Notes: a model not told the origin generated them from the letters alone. Positions 1-9,746 are shown, counted from the stretch's first letter. The stretch: DNA of 64,000 bases from Patescibacteria group bacterium (GCA_041671645.1 JBAZBD010000001.1:735234-799233); one strand, 5' to 3'. Translations and numbers: made by a program.

Positions 1-13
1 TTAAATAAAAAAA

Positions 14-31
14 GGAGCCCGTTGAGGCTCC
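14..31. terminator. Bidirectional intrinsic terminator
   Basis: GGAGCC...GGCTCC stem flanked by an A-run and a T-run. Confidence 0.6.
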
Positions 32-36
32 ATTTT

Positions 37-183
37 TTATTTCTGTACAGTTATCGAGGACATACAATCTCTGCAATACCAAACCTTTTGAGTTCGTTTG
101 ACGATATTTCTACCGTCAGCACCCTTCTCAACGCAAAGCTTTTCCTTCTCAACCAAATTTCCGCTGCATCGAGGACAAATCAT
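37..183 (-). CDS. Small zinc-ribbon protein (48 aa)
   Basis: Manual translation MICPRCSGNL...WYCRDCMSSITVQK; two CxxC motifs; not in ORF track. Confidence 0.55.
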   Translation of the reverse strand: MICPRCSGNLVEKEKLCVEKGADGRNIVKRTQKVWYCRDCMSSITVQK

Positions 184-270
184 TTGTTGTCTTTCTTTTA
201 GTGACTCTTTATTGTATACTTATTTCTCGCATTTAGCAAGTTTTGGGGCCTATTTTCAAGTTCATTTCCA

Positions 271-300
271 TTGACAAATAGCACAAAATAGCGTATTATT
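271..300 (+). promoter_or_regulatory. Putative sigma70 promoter for tmRNA
   Basis: TTGACA at 271 with TATTAT-like -10 upstream of ssrA. Confidence 0.45.
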
Positions 301-360
301 GATCTTGACTTAGCTAGTCAATCCCGACATTAATTGAACATTGAGTATTTCAATCGACTC

Positions 361-745
361 GGGGGTGTATTAGCTTCGACAGCTGGATCTTTGAAAACAT
401 ATCGCAAGCAGGTAAGTCGGTCGCCTTAAAGCGCTGACAAATCCAAGTGCAAACTCACTTGTTAGCAAAGTAAAAGCTGCCTTCGGTAGCCTTAGCTTTG
501 CGCCAGCTTTAGCTTAATTGCTTTAGCCATACGTCCGAGGCTTTTCGACTTCGGGTCACGTGTGTAATATTCGAAATGCAGTTTTATCGGTTTTCAAGCG
601 ACTAAACGTAAGATTTACTTGAGATAGGACAAAAGTTTCTTGGTGACTTTCCAAGCTTAGTCCGAATAAATTGAAGGTCACTACGCTTGTAGAAAATATG
701 TTTCCAACCAGTTGGACGCCGGTGCGACTCCGACCACCTCCACCA
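361..745 (+). ncRNA. ssrA: tmRNA; tag ORF 449-517 encodes ANSLVSKVKAAFGSLSFAPALA*
   Basis: 5' GGGGGTG pairs with 3' CACCTCC-ACCA; T-arm present; resume codon GCA; tag ends ALA-stop. Confidence 0.95.
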
Positions 746-2243
746 TAAGGGAATCTGAACCAGTTTCAGGTTCTTTTTTGTTTGTAATTAGCCTCAAAAT
801 AGGGCTAATTTGAGGGGTGCAAACTTTTTCAGAAAAATTTACAATAATTTCGCCAGGAAATGCTAGCTGTTTGCACTTTGTGCGCTTATCTCTATCAAGC
901 GACCTCCATTTGTTCAGTCCTCCATCTAAAAATTTCAATGAAAAATTCACAAATTCAACAAAGTCTTTGTCGATATCCTCGCTTTCAAAAAGCTCTCTCT
1001 CAAGAAATTTTATGTTCTTTTCAAAGTCATCTAGCACATCCTTAAAATACGGCTCTTTTTGAGGGTCGTCATTTGTAATCATTTTCATACCAATCTGTTT
1101 TTTGTCAGATATGAGCTGATCAAGCCGTTTTTTCATCTCGTCAATTTTGTCGAGCGTGATCTGCTCGTTTTCTTTCCAAACTTCGTTTAACGCTTCGATA
1201 AAGCCGTCTTCCATATCATTTTCAAGGCAAACCTCGCCTAGTTTAATATCAAGGTTAATATGAACAGTTGTGGCGTGGTATTGCTTACCACAACCTCTAC
1301 AGCGGTATTTTGGACTAGTCCAGCCTTTACCATTTCTATGGACAAATCCAACTAACTTTCCTCCGCACTCACAACGACCGATATTACCCAGGGGAAATTC
1401 TTTCCGATCATTTTTCCGCTCGAAAATTCGTTTTTTACCAGAAACAACAGCTTTCAACTCTTCGAATTCTTCAATCGAAATCATAGGTTTGTGTAACCCT
1501 TTGAGGCCGTGAAATTCTTGTGAATCCCATTTCTTAACAGTAATCAGCCCAGCATAATAATCTTCAGCAAGTATCTCCCTAAATCTGTCAATGCGGAGGA
1601 TCTTCCCTGTTGTTGTGCGATATCCATTGTTCGTCATATTAACAAGTGCTTCACTCACAGTTGATTGACCAGTAATTATTTCTCTCATTGCAGATTGCAA
1701 TAAAGGGAAGCGAATTGGATCTGGCTCAAATAGACCAGGTACTGTCGTCCTGCGATACCCCTGATGTATTGGGAAAGGGTAATATCCTGCTTTTACTCTC
1801 CCCTTGAGTCCACTCATAGTTTTCCCAATACGTTCGTCGTTGCTTGCCTCAGCTCGAAAAACTAAAAATAGCTTTTGTAATTTGCTCATCATATCATCAG
1901 TATTTAACTCTGGCTGAGAAGCATACCAAACTTTTACACCAAGTTGTTCGAATTCAGCTTCAAAATAGTAGAAATACTTAATATCTCTCATAAAGCGATC
2001 TACTTCATCAACGATTAGATACTTAACTCGCTTATTTTTCTTGCAAAAATCCATCATCTCAGCAAGATCCTTGCGATTTAAGTTTTTCCCTACCCTACTG
2101 GATTGGTCAAGCGACCATTTTCTTAGAATTGGTGCTTCCAATAATTCCGCAGTTTTTTCTACGTTTTCATCTTGTCTATCCAGACTATGATTAGTCATTC
2201 GCTGTTCTGGTGTAGACACTCTACATAATGCAATCGAATTCAT
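681..2243 (-). CDS. Large serine recombinase (integrase), integrated form; last 19 aa read antisense from tmRNA
   Basis: RVST catalytic Ser, DEVDRFMR, recombinase domain, zinc ribbon CECG...CRGC, coiled coil. Confidence 0.93.
   Translation of the reverse strand: MNSIALCRVSTPEQRMTNHSLDRQDENVEKTAELLEAPILRKWSLDQSSRVGKNLNRKDLAEMMDFCKKNKRVKYLIVDEVDRFMRDIKYFYYFEAEFEQLGVKVWYASQPELNTDDMMSKLQKLFLVFRAEASNDERIGKTMSGLKGRVKAGYYPFPIHQGYRRTTVPGLFEPDPIRFPLLQSAMREIITGQSTVSEALVNMTNNGYRTTTGKILRIDRFREILAEDYYAGLITVKKWDSQEFHGLKGLHKPMISIEEFEELKAVVSGKKRIFERKNDRKEFPLGNIGRCECGGKLVGFVHRNGKGWTSPKYRCRGCGKQYHATTVHINLDIKLGEVCLENDMEDGFIEALNEVWKENEQITLDKIDEMKKRLDQLISDKKQIGMKMITNDDPQKEPYFKDVLDDFEKNIKFLERELFESEDIDKDFVEFVNFSLKFLDGGLNKWRSLDRDKRTKCKQLAFPGEIIVNFSEKVCTPQISPILRLITNKKEPETGSDSLMVEVVGVAPASNWLETYFLQA
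751..779 (+). terminator. Element-supplied terminator for tmRNA, inside integrase CDS (opposite strand)
   Basis: GAATCTGAA/TTCAGGTTC stem followed by T-run, 5 nt after tmRNA CCA. Confidence 0.65.
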
Positions 2244-2266
2244 AAAATCCTTTGTAAATTAACAAA

Positions 2267-2316
2267 AATGGCAGTCTCTTGGGTACTCCGCACGGTTACG
2301 GAAAGAGGCTGCCATT
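2267..2316 (-). promoter_or_regulatory. Nested hairpin/attenuator-like leader upstream of integrase
   Basis: 14-bp inverted repeat (13/14) enclosing a TCCG/CGGA hairpin; U-run on - strand. Confidence 0.45.
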
Positions 2317-2373
2317 GCTGGCTCCAAAATTTTACCGTTTTAGTATGTACCCACTTAACATTCTAATACTTAT

Positions 2374-2511
2374 TCATTCATCTTTTAACACCTCCTTCAC
2401 AATTTCTTTATTATTTTTATATAAACCATACAAAAATCTAGCCCAGTCCTTGAGATGTGCTTCTTTCTCGACTTTCGTCATTTCTAGATTTTTGTTTGTT
2501 AATGGTTTCAT
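2374..2511 (-). CDS. Small helical protein upstream of integrase (45 aa)
   Basis: Manual translation MKPLTNKNLEMTKVEKEAHLKDWARFLYGLYKNNKEIVKEVLKDE; co-oriented with LSR. Confidence 0.5.
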   Translation of the reverse strand: MKPLTNKNLEMTKVEKEAHLKDWARFLYGLYKNNKEIVKEVLKDE

Positions 2512-2640
2512 TTTGAATAAATAAGCCCCTTAGTAAGAGGCAACTTAATCTAAGAGGCTTATTAAAAGAAATTTTATTGCCTACAAAAATATCCTCTGAG
2601 AAGAGGATATAGCATTGTATGGGAGTGCAAAAATATAGTA

Positions 2641-3282
2641 TCAGTGTGGATCGGCGTGATCTTTTATCTCCAATGAGAGGGTAACGTTACCACTATTTGA
2701 AGAGATTTCATACTTATTTAAGGAGGTTCTTTTTCTAATTTCAGCAACAGTATCTTTGATCTTTCTCGTATTCTCTGCTTTGCACCCTGGTGCTTTGGCA
2801 TCTATAAGTCCCAATAATCTGAGAGCTCTGGCTCTTGTTATCTTTTTACTTTTCACCAACGCTCCGAAAAGTAGACTTGTATTTTTGCCTTCTGTGAGCC
2901 TGAATTTCTTACCTTTTATATTTCCCCTGCCTGTTACCGACGAGTACCAGCAATCAGCATCAGAAACAATGCTATTGTTCTGTTCAGTCTGACTAATACC
3001 GTTAAACATATCTAAGTATTCACTATAAAATTCCTGGTACACATAAATTACATAATTCCTGGAGCTACAATAATTAAACGGCTCCATTATCTCAATTATC
3101 TTTAGAGCACCACGTTCCTCAAGCCATTTTAGTACGATTTCAAGATCACTTATTGGAAATTCAGGATTTTCTTTTGAGAATTGTATATCAGAAATTATTA
3201 TCGTCTCTTTTTCCTCAAGAGTTCGACATTCATCTATATGATTCAGCACTATCCCAATTTTTTTATATGCAGCTATGCTCAT
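2641..3282 (-). CDS. Hypothetical protein, possible C-terminal winged-helix DNA-binding domain
   Basis: 213 aa ORF with GAGG RBS; basic C-terminal half. Confidence 0.6.
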   Translation of the reverse strand: MSIAAYKKIGIVLNHIDECRTLEEKETIIISDIQFSKENPEFPISDLEIVLKWLEERGALKIIEIMEPFNYCSSRNYVIYVYQEFYSEYLDMFNGISQTEQNNSIVSDADCWYSSVTGRGNIKGKKFRLTEGKNTSLLFGALVKSKKITRARALRLLGLIDAKAPGCKAENTRKIKDTVAEIRKRTSLNKYEISSNSGNVTLSLEIKDHADPH

Positions 3283-3564
3283 TTGTTGCCTCTTTTTTCT
3301 ATTTATTGAAAATATATCCTATTTGTGGCAATATTAAAATAAGTTGAAATTTATTTCAGCTTAATACAATCTATATGTGCCTAACCCCAAATAGTAATAT
3401 TTGGGTATGGTATTAAATCCTCTACTAAATGAAGACGGCTTTCCGTCCATACTTTTAGTAGAGGTCTATATTCGAAAGGATATAGGGTAAGTTCCGAAAG
3501 GGGCTGCCGTGGCGGAAGGCCATTTTTGTATTCAATTTTAGTTCTAAAATAATTAAGGAGGCAA

Positions 3565-3750
3565 ATGCCAAAAGAAGAAAAAGAGAAGAAACCTGTTTGG
3601 AAAAAGTGGTGGTTCTGGGTCATCGTCGTGATTGTTATTATATGTTTGATTCCCAAGGGCTCAATAGAGAAAGCTACGAACAGCCTTGATTCAACAAACG
3701 ATAAACTCAAGGGCACATCAGATCAGATTCAAACTGAGCTTAAGAAATAG
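3565..3750 (+). CDS. Small membrane-anchored protein
   Basis: AGGAGG RBS; KKPVWKKWWFW plus TM helix. Confidence 0.65.
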   Translation: MPKEEKEKKPVWKKWWFWVIVVIVIICLIPKGSIEKATNSLDSTNDKLKGTSDQIQTELKK

Positions 3751-3762
3751 AAAGGAAATCTT

Positions 3763-4425
3763 ATGGCTGTATTCTTTACGTTAATGCTATTCGTTTCAAT
3801 TGTTGTTCTAGTTCTTGGATTGATTAGTCCAAAAATAATCAATAAATTCATCAAAAATGAGAAGAAACACTTCGATCGCAAAAAGGTGGGGAAGGTTTTC
3901 GGCTTGATTACTATTGGATTCTTTATTTTGACTATGATTTCAATTATCGTTCCAGCCGCTAAAGAAGATGCTAAAAAGGAATCGATCAGCCAAGACAAAT
4001 CCGTTTCTGATAATCTTTGGATTGCCTTGGATAATGCGACCAACTCAAGGAATGGATATTCGGTCGATTATTACGCATTGAATAAAAGCGTGATGATTAA
4101 AAAAGAGCCTGACACTGCTTGGGACGACAATACTTTTGTTATGACTGCTTATCAAACATATGTTAAGTTTGGCAAAACAGCCTTCAGTATTGAAGGTGTA
4201 GACTCAGTTAGTTTTATCTGGTGGGCAAATATGATTGATAGCAAGGGGCAATCAGAAAAATCAAAAGGGATTCAGATTGAGATGACAAAAGAACAATTTT
4301 CTCAATTCAACTGGGATAATCTCGTTGGGAGAAACATATATGAACAGATGCAACCATATCAATGGATTCATACAGGAATATTAAATAAGTTGAACAAGGA
4401 TAAACTAATTTTGCTTACTGTGTAG
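3763..4425 (+). CDS. Membrane-anchored hypothetical protein
   Basis: Two N-terminal TM segments and a soluble domain. Confidence 0.7.
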   Translation: MAVFFTLMLFVSIVVLVLGLISPKIINKFIKNEKKHFDRKKVGKVFGLITIGFFILTMISIIVPAAKEDAKKESISQDKSVSDNLWIALDNATNSRNGYSVDYYALNKSVMIKKEPDTAWDDNTFVMTAYQTYVKFGKTAFSIEGVDSVSFIWWANMIDSKGQSEKSKGIQIEMTKEQFSQFNWDNLVGRNIYEQMQPYQWIHTGILNKLNKDKLILLTV

Positions 4426-4427
4426 TA

Positions 4428-4961
4428 CTATACTTTTAATATTTTCTTCTCGTTCATAATATTTTTCATACTTTCTTCTCGCTCGTACGCTTTAATAATC
4501 ACATCGAGCATTCTTTGTTGTTTTCTATAATATTCTAAAGGATTTTGATCAATCAATTCTTGCTCTTGCTGGTTTCTCATCCCTTGCTCTTTAATCTCGG
4601 CCTCTTTTCGTTCGATGATTCTCAACTTATCTTCTGGGTATGATTTCATATGAAGTTCGTGGAGTTTGCCGACAAGCGTGCCTATTGTGTATGCCGTTTT
4701 CGAATCCATCAAACCATTGGCATCTACTTGTCTGGTTCTGCTTATAGTGTCTTTTAAGAGCATCTCAAGGCCTTCTGAAGTTGATAGATCAATCGGATCG
4801 ACAACAACCTTAGCAACGCTCTTATTGGCTAACCCACCTATCTTCACGGCTCGGAGATGTTTTTTCTTACTGGCTGGATCGTGAGAAAAACAAAATTTGC
4901 TTCCGCTTACCGAGAAAGCCCCACACTGCTTACCGTCCGATTTTGTATATTGGCATTGCAT
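4428..4961 (-). CDS. Hypothetical protein with N-terminal C3H zinc finger (HGGxSTG-like)
   Basis: C-x9-C-x10-C-x2-H then GG motif. Confidence 0.6.
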   Translation of the reverse strand: MQCQYTKSDGKQCGAFSVSGSKFCFSHDPASKKKHLRAVKIGGLANKSVAKVVVDPIDLSTSEGLEMLLKDTISRTRQVDANGLMDSKTAYTIGTLVGKLHELHMKSYPEDKLRIIERKEAEIKEQGMRNQQEQELIDQNPLEYYRKQQRMLDVIIKAYEREESMKNIMNEKKILKV

Positions 4962-4988
4962 AAATAATTAGAATGACTAGTCAAGTTA

Positions 4989-7358
4989 CTAAGCTTCCGC
5001 AGACACTACTTCAATCGGCAAAGAAATTTCAGTTGCAACCTCGAATTGGCCAGTCTGAATTATCGATTCCCTAATATTATTTGATCCCTCTTTGTCGATT
5101 ATGGTGAGCACAAAAGAATAGGGCTGTTTGATATTACCTGGACTACCTAAGTTTTGTTTTTCATATTCTGAATAAACATTCATACTAATGTTGATCTGGA
5201 GAAACGGAGTTTTAACCGCCATTTTTTGACCCTGGAAATGAATTACATTAAATTTCTGATTTTTATAATTCTCCCAATTCCATTGACCATTTTTGGGGTT
5301 GACGTTATCAGGCTTATTCCCTTCTTCCCCATTTTCATCGATTGTAGGCTCCATTATTCGCACCGAAGCACCTACTTCAATCATATTATAGTTTTTTGGG
5401 AAATTTTTATTTGTTGGAGGATTATAGACAAGTGTAAAAATAAATCCAATATTTTTACCAACAAGATTCTGAGGCAATTCAATATTTAGCTTATGCTTCT
5501 TGTTATCATTCTCCAAAATATCACAATACATAAAGGTTACCTTGTTTTCGTCGTCATCCTGAATCGGAATTGACCAGTCTGGTATTCCAAAACCATATGC
5601 CTTTTTAACTGAATCGCTTGTTATCCGTGTTTGTTCTCTTAACGAAGTAGAGTGTATTAATAAAGATTTAACAAGATTAACACGATTCTTCCTTATATCT
5701 AGAACATTGGGAATATTGGAATTAATTATATAGTCATATAGAAGAGCGGATTGTCTTGCAATAAGTGGAGCACTAAAGCTAGTACCAATATCTTTAGACA
5801 GGCCATTCATATCTATTCCTTCAACACCAAAGGAATTGCTCGATGCGGTCAAAAAAGGTCTCTGGTATGAGCCTGAGGGATCTATTTTAATATTTCCACC
5901 GCTTTCTACTAATTCTGGCTTTTTGATACCTTCTGCATATCCGCTTTTTCCGTATCCGCCCCTTCGTGTAAATGGCGATGGGAGGCCTTTTCCACAATAA
6001 CAATCAGCTGACGCATCAGCAGCAATCGATCCAACAGTCAGTACATTCAATGCATCTCCAGGCGAGGCAACAATAGCAGAAAGATTACAATCATCAAAAA
6101 TTTCTTCATATTTATTGCCAGGATAACAAGTATTATTTCCAGCACTACAGACAATAAGAATATCTTTTTCTCTTGCAATTTCATCCACCTTCGCAGTCAA
6201 ATCACTTACATCATCTTCTTCTATGCTTTTATTTTCATTAATTGATAGATTATATACAAAGACATCCGAGTGTCGATTTGCGACATTCTCAATTGCTTTT
6301 GTTATCTTAGTAGCATCTTTGTAATTTGAGTTAGGGCCAAAAAGAATCTGAGAATCGATTATTTTAGATATGGGAATCAGTCTCCTGTTGGCAGATATTT
6401 GCCCAGTGATATTATCGCCGAATAGAAGTCTACTTGCGACAAAAGTGCCGTGATTATTGTCTATGCCCTGATTGGCAAGCAGAGAATTATATTGAAGTGA
6501 TACAAATTTATCTATTAATGGATGCTTGATACCACTATCGATAACGGCAACAGTTTGCGATGTATCCACCTCGCCTAGTACAACTTCACTTAAATCAACA
6601 CCGCTAATACTCCTCTGCAGATTAAACTTTGGCGAGATTTTAATTTTATTGATAAAATTAAAACTTATTTCTGATAATAAGCTGTTTATTTCCGCTACAT
6701 ACAATTCAGCTCCATACAGCAGATTATAAACGAAAAAGTCTTCATCGAGCATAAACACTTTTCCAGAACCCAACCGCTGAGATAATTTTTGATATATTTC
6801 ATTATATTCTGGCCTTAGCCTATCTTGAGTTATTTCAATAATACAGTCTATTTTTTCGTTAAATACATTATCACAAAGTTCACGAATAGCCCTGTCCATT
6901 CTTATATCATTGCTGGTATTAACATCTTGGATACTTGAAATCGCATATACCTCTCTGGAGAATTTAACTCTTTTTCTCGAGCCTCCCTCCTTTGCAATTT
7001 CAAAAGAACACGAATCCATAACTTCTCGTAATTTTTTGAAATCACTTTTCTTACCAGCTAATTTATAAGTAAATTCATCTCTTGATGCCACAACATCCAA
7101 ATTTGATTCTTTCCATAGTTCGCTTGGCCTATTTGACTTAGACCTAACCTCATCAATCAATTTTATTTCTGCATAAACTTTGTCGTCTTCTGCTAGCGGC
7201 AAATCCACAATACTTTGAGCTGAATTTTTCAGGTCTCTAATGCGTATCCGATAATCAGCAACATTATCGAAGCCACACCAAAATTTTTCCCAGTAAGCTC
7301 CGAAACCCGTTTTTTGCTCTTTATCAACTTTTTTCTTTGGAATTAAAATATTGCTCAT
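4989..7358 (-). CDS. S8 subtilisin-like serine peptidase (IetS-like)
   Basis: Triad motifs VAVIDSG, NHGTFVA, GTSFSAP; SAGN oxyanion motif; no signal peptide. Confidence 0.9.
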   Translation of the reverse strand: MSNILIPKKKVDKEQKTGFGAYWEKFWCGFDNVADYRIRIRDLKNSAQSIVDLPLAEDDKVYAEIKLIDEVRSKSNRPSELWKESNLDVVASRDEFTYKLAGKKSDFKKLREVMDSCSFEIAKEGGSRKRVKFSREVYAISSIQDVNTSNDIRMDRAIRELCDNVFNEKIDCIIEITQDRLRPEYNEIYQKLSQRLGSGKVFMLDEDFFVYNLLYGAELYVAEINSLLSEISFNFINKIKISPKFNLQRSISGVDLSEVVLGEVDTSQTVAVIDSGIKHPLIDKFVSLQYNSLLANQGIDNNHGTFVASRLLFGDNITGQISANRRLIPISKIIDSQILFGPNSNYKDATKITKAIENVANRHSDVFVYNLSINENKSIEEDDVSDLTAKVDEIAREKDILIVCSAGNNTCYPGNKYEEIFDDCNLSAIVASPGDALNVLTVGSIAADASADCYCGKGLPSPFTRRGGYGKSGYAEGIKKPELVESGGNIKIDPSGSYQRPFLTASSNSFGVEGIDMNGLSKDIGTSFSAPLIARQSALLYDYIINSNIPNVLDIRKNRVNLVKSLLIHSTSLREQTRITSDSVKKAYGFGIPDWSIPIQDDDENKVTFMYCDILENDNKKHKLNIELPQNLVGKNIGFIFTLVYNPPTNKNFPKNYNMIEVGASVRIMEPTIDENGEEGNKPDNVNPKNGQWNWENYKNQKFNVIHFQGQKMAVKTPFLQINISMNVYSEYEKQNLGSPGNIKQPYSFVLTIIDKEGSNNIRESIIQTGQFEVATEISLPIEVVSAEA

Positions 7359-8446
7359 TTTATATTATCCCTTAGTGTTGTATACGGCATCGATGTTATG
7401 TCAGATATTTCTTTAATGGAATACCCCTTGTCTTTTAGTAATTGACATACCTTATAAGATTGTTTTTTTTCGATTAAAGGCTTACTGGAAAAATCCAAAA
7501 TATTTTTCAATGCAAAAGTATTATCAATAATCTCAATCTTTTCCAAAATTGCTCTTTTTTTCATATGTATAACTATGTCCGAGATTGCCGATCCACTCAG
7601 CCCTTCTGTGAGATCTGCTAAGAGCTCAAAATCTAACTTATGTCTGAACTTATCAATAAATAGCTTTATTAATTGTTTCCTGGCTGGCTTGGAGGGCACT
7701 CCCAAACTGATTCTCAAAGGAAATCTTCTCCAAATGGCCGTATCCAGAAGTCCCTCGTGGTTTGTCGCTCCAATTATTATTGAATTTTGCGGAAAAGAAT
7801 CAATGTTTTGTAACAAAACTGTTACTATCCTCTTCAACTCTCCGAGCTCTTTCTCATCAGCTCTGTCTTTTGCAATAGTATCTATCTCATCAAGAAAAAT
7901 CAGAACTTCTTGTTTCTTTGCGATATCAAAAATATCTTTTATGTTTTTACCAGTTTTGCCTAGATAAGAAGAAATTAATTCATCTAATCTAACAAGGACT
8001 AATGGTAAATTTAATTTATTTGCTAAACCATATGCCAGCTTTGTTTTTCCTGTACCAGGAGGACCATAAATTAACAATTTATTAGTTGGACTTATACCAA
8101 AATCGCTTAATTTTATCCTATTTTCCCACTCTATTAGAAAATTCTTGATTTTTTTCTGATTCTCGATATCAAGTACAACCTCCTCTAGAAGAATCTTCGA
8201 TTCAATATATTCAACTAACGATTCGTTTTTTGATGAATATATCTGGTGATCGTTTTTTACCGATTGAAAAGAATACGCTTTTTTATCAGGGATTTTGGAA
8301 AGTAAATTTCTAAGCCGTCTGGAAACAATATTCTGACCCATTTTCTTTCTTTTCTCAATTTCTCCCTCAAGTATAGAAATGATTTTTTTATTATCGCTCT
8401 GAATAAAAGCACTGGCGATATCTTCAATAATTTCGACGCTTGACAT
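7355..8446 (-). CDS. AAA+ ATPase (IetA-like) with C-terminal HTH
   Basis: GPPGTGKT, IFLDEID, LDTAIWRRF; 4-nt overlap with S8 gene. Confidence 0.9.
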   Translation of the reverse strand: MSSVEIIEDIASAFIQSDNKKIISILEGEIEKRKKMGQNIVSRRLRNLLSKIPDKKAYSFQSVKNDHQIYSSKNESLVEYIESKILLEEVVLDIENQKKIKNFLIEWENRIKLSDFGISPTNKLLIYGPPGTGKTKLAYGLANKLNLPLVLVRLDELISSYLGKTGKNIKDIFDIAKKQEVLIFLDEIDTIAKDRADEKELGELKRIVTVLLQNIDSFPQNSIIIGATNHEGLLDTAIWRRFPLRISLGVPSKPARKQLIKLFIDKFRHKLDFELLADLTEGLSGSAISDIVIHMKKRAILEKIEIIDNTFALKNILDFSSKPLIEKKQSYKVCQLLKDKGYSIKEISDITSMPYTTLRDNIK

Positions 8447-8579
8447 ATTCGTACCCTCCTCCGTTATTTTTACCTCAATTACATTGTAAATTTATTAGTA
8501 CGAAAAATCAACCGATGAACAATTCCGTATTTTATTCTTGGTAAGCAAAAATAATATCCATCACAAATATTCAATGATC

Positions 8580-9536
8580 TTATGGATTAGGAGTTCTTTC
8601 GATTATTTCATCTAGCAACATATATGTATAAATTATTATTTTTTGAGCAACTTCCTTTGTAATTGAGTGTTTATCTCCTTTTGCTTCCAGTCTTGTAACC
8701 GAATCAATCAACTCACATACATATTCGGACGTATCACGTGCTACAGAGTCCTCTATTTTTTTCCCTTTCATAAACTCTTTAATCCTCAGCCTATAGTGTT
8801 CAGTATCAAGCTTAATCACCTTACCATCTCTTGTTGTTGTCGTTTCGTTAGAGGGAGGATAAATAATATCAGCAATTCTTATAATTATTCTTCTGCAACC
8901 ACTTGCGACATTCGACCAGTCTGGTTGATTATCAGAATTGGCAGATTTGTAAGCCGTGACTAATTCTTGCAAAATTTCTGGCACTTTGTTCTTCATCTCT
9001 TTCTCGACAATGTCTCTAATCTCAGAAAAGATGTCTGAAGCAGCCTCACTAAAACTTAACGCATTATATACATCCGCTATAAAACAATATAGCCGTCCTC
9101 TAATACGAGACAGAATTGACTGACTTGTCCTAATAGATTCAGAAATTGTATTTCTTTCAAATGCATTACTATGTGGCACATAAGTTGAATACTGGCTTGA
9201 TGACTGAAATGATATATTTGGGTCATTGGCTACGCTTAATCTAATTTTCAGAGTATCTATGGTGTTCTCAAGTACCTCAACGTGATCTAGTCTATAGATA
9301 ATTTCTTTACCAACCGTCCAGTATCTACCATTTGCTACTATATTGTCCTTGTCACCAGCAACATATTGGTTAAGAGTCCCAGTAATCTCTTTTTCGATCC
9401 AAATTTGATTCTTCGTGTCGTTCACAAGCCGAGCCAACAGAGCACCTTTTTGCAAAAGTATGCTAAGTTTACTACCACCAAAGGTTTCCAAAATCTCAGT
9501 AGCCAAAGTTAGTGCTTTTTTGTGATGGTCTTTCAT
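8580..9536 (-). CDS. AbiTii-like domain protein, candidate defence gene
   Basis: N-terminal LSILLQKGALLARL...WIEKEITG pattern; C-terminal 'ASGCRRII' helical domain. Confidence 0.55.
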   Translation of the reverse strand: MKDHHKKALTLATEILETFGGSKLSILLQKGALLARLVNDTKNQIWIEKEITGTLNQYVAGDKDNIVANGRYWTVGKEIIYRLDHVEVLENTIDTLKIRLSVANDPNISFQSSSQYSTYVPHSNAFERNTISESIRTSQSILSRIRGRLYCFIADVYNALSFSEAASDIFSEIRDIVEKEMKNKVPEILQELVTAYKSANSDNQPDWSNVASGCRRIIIRIADIIYPPSNETTTTRDGKVIKLDTEHYRLRIKEFMKGKKIEDSVARDTSEYVCELIDSVTRLEAKGDKHSITKEVAQKIIIYTYMLLDEIIERTPNP

Positions 9537-9586
9537 AATTTTAAGAATAAACCCTGATGTTCATTATTACAAGTTATTATTAAGTG

Positions 9587-9714
9587 CTAATACTGTCTGG
9601 GATCTACTGAACTTAAAGCAAGTTTATATTTCCCATATTCAGAATGAAGAACTTCTCGCCATCGCCTCGATTCTTCAATGATAAAATGCAAATTTTTACG
9701 CACCAGTACCACCA
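9587..9714 (-). other. Displaced in-frame C-terminal segment of integrase 1 (attP half)
   Basis: Joined at TGGTGG it reads (M)VVLVRKNLHFIIEESRRWREVLHSEYGKYKLALSSVDPRQY*. Confidence 0.75.
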
Positions 9715-9720
9715 AAAAAT

Positions 9721-9746
9721 GATCAGATTTATTTTGGTCTTTTTTT
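9721..9746 (+). terminator. Probable original tmRNA terminator displaced by island 1
   Basis: GATCAGA/TTTGGTC stem plus T7, 6 nt after the second CCACCA. Confidence 0.6.

Larger units (their letters stand above)
740..9714. mobile_element. Integrative element (island 1) inserted at tmRNA 3' end
   Basis: CCACCA repeat at 740-745 and 9709-9714 (ACCACCTCCACCA vs ACCAGTACCACCA); LSR at left end; AT-rich cargo; orphan terminator just right of 9714; in-frame integrase tail at far end. Confidence 0.85.
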
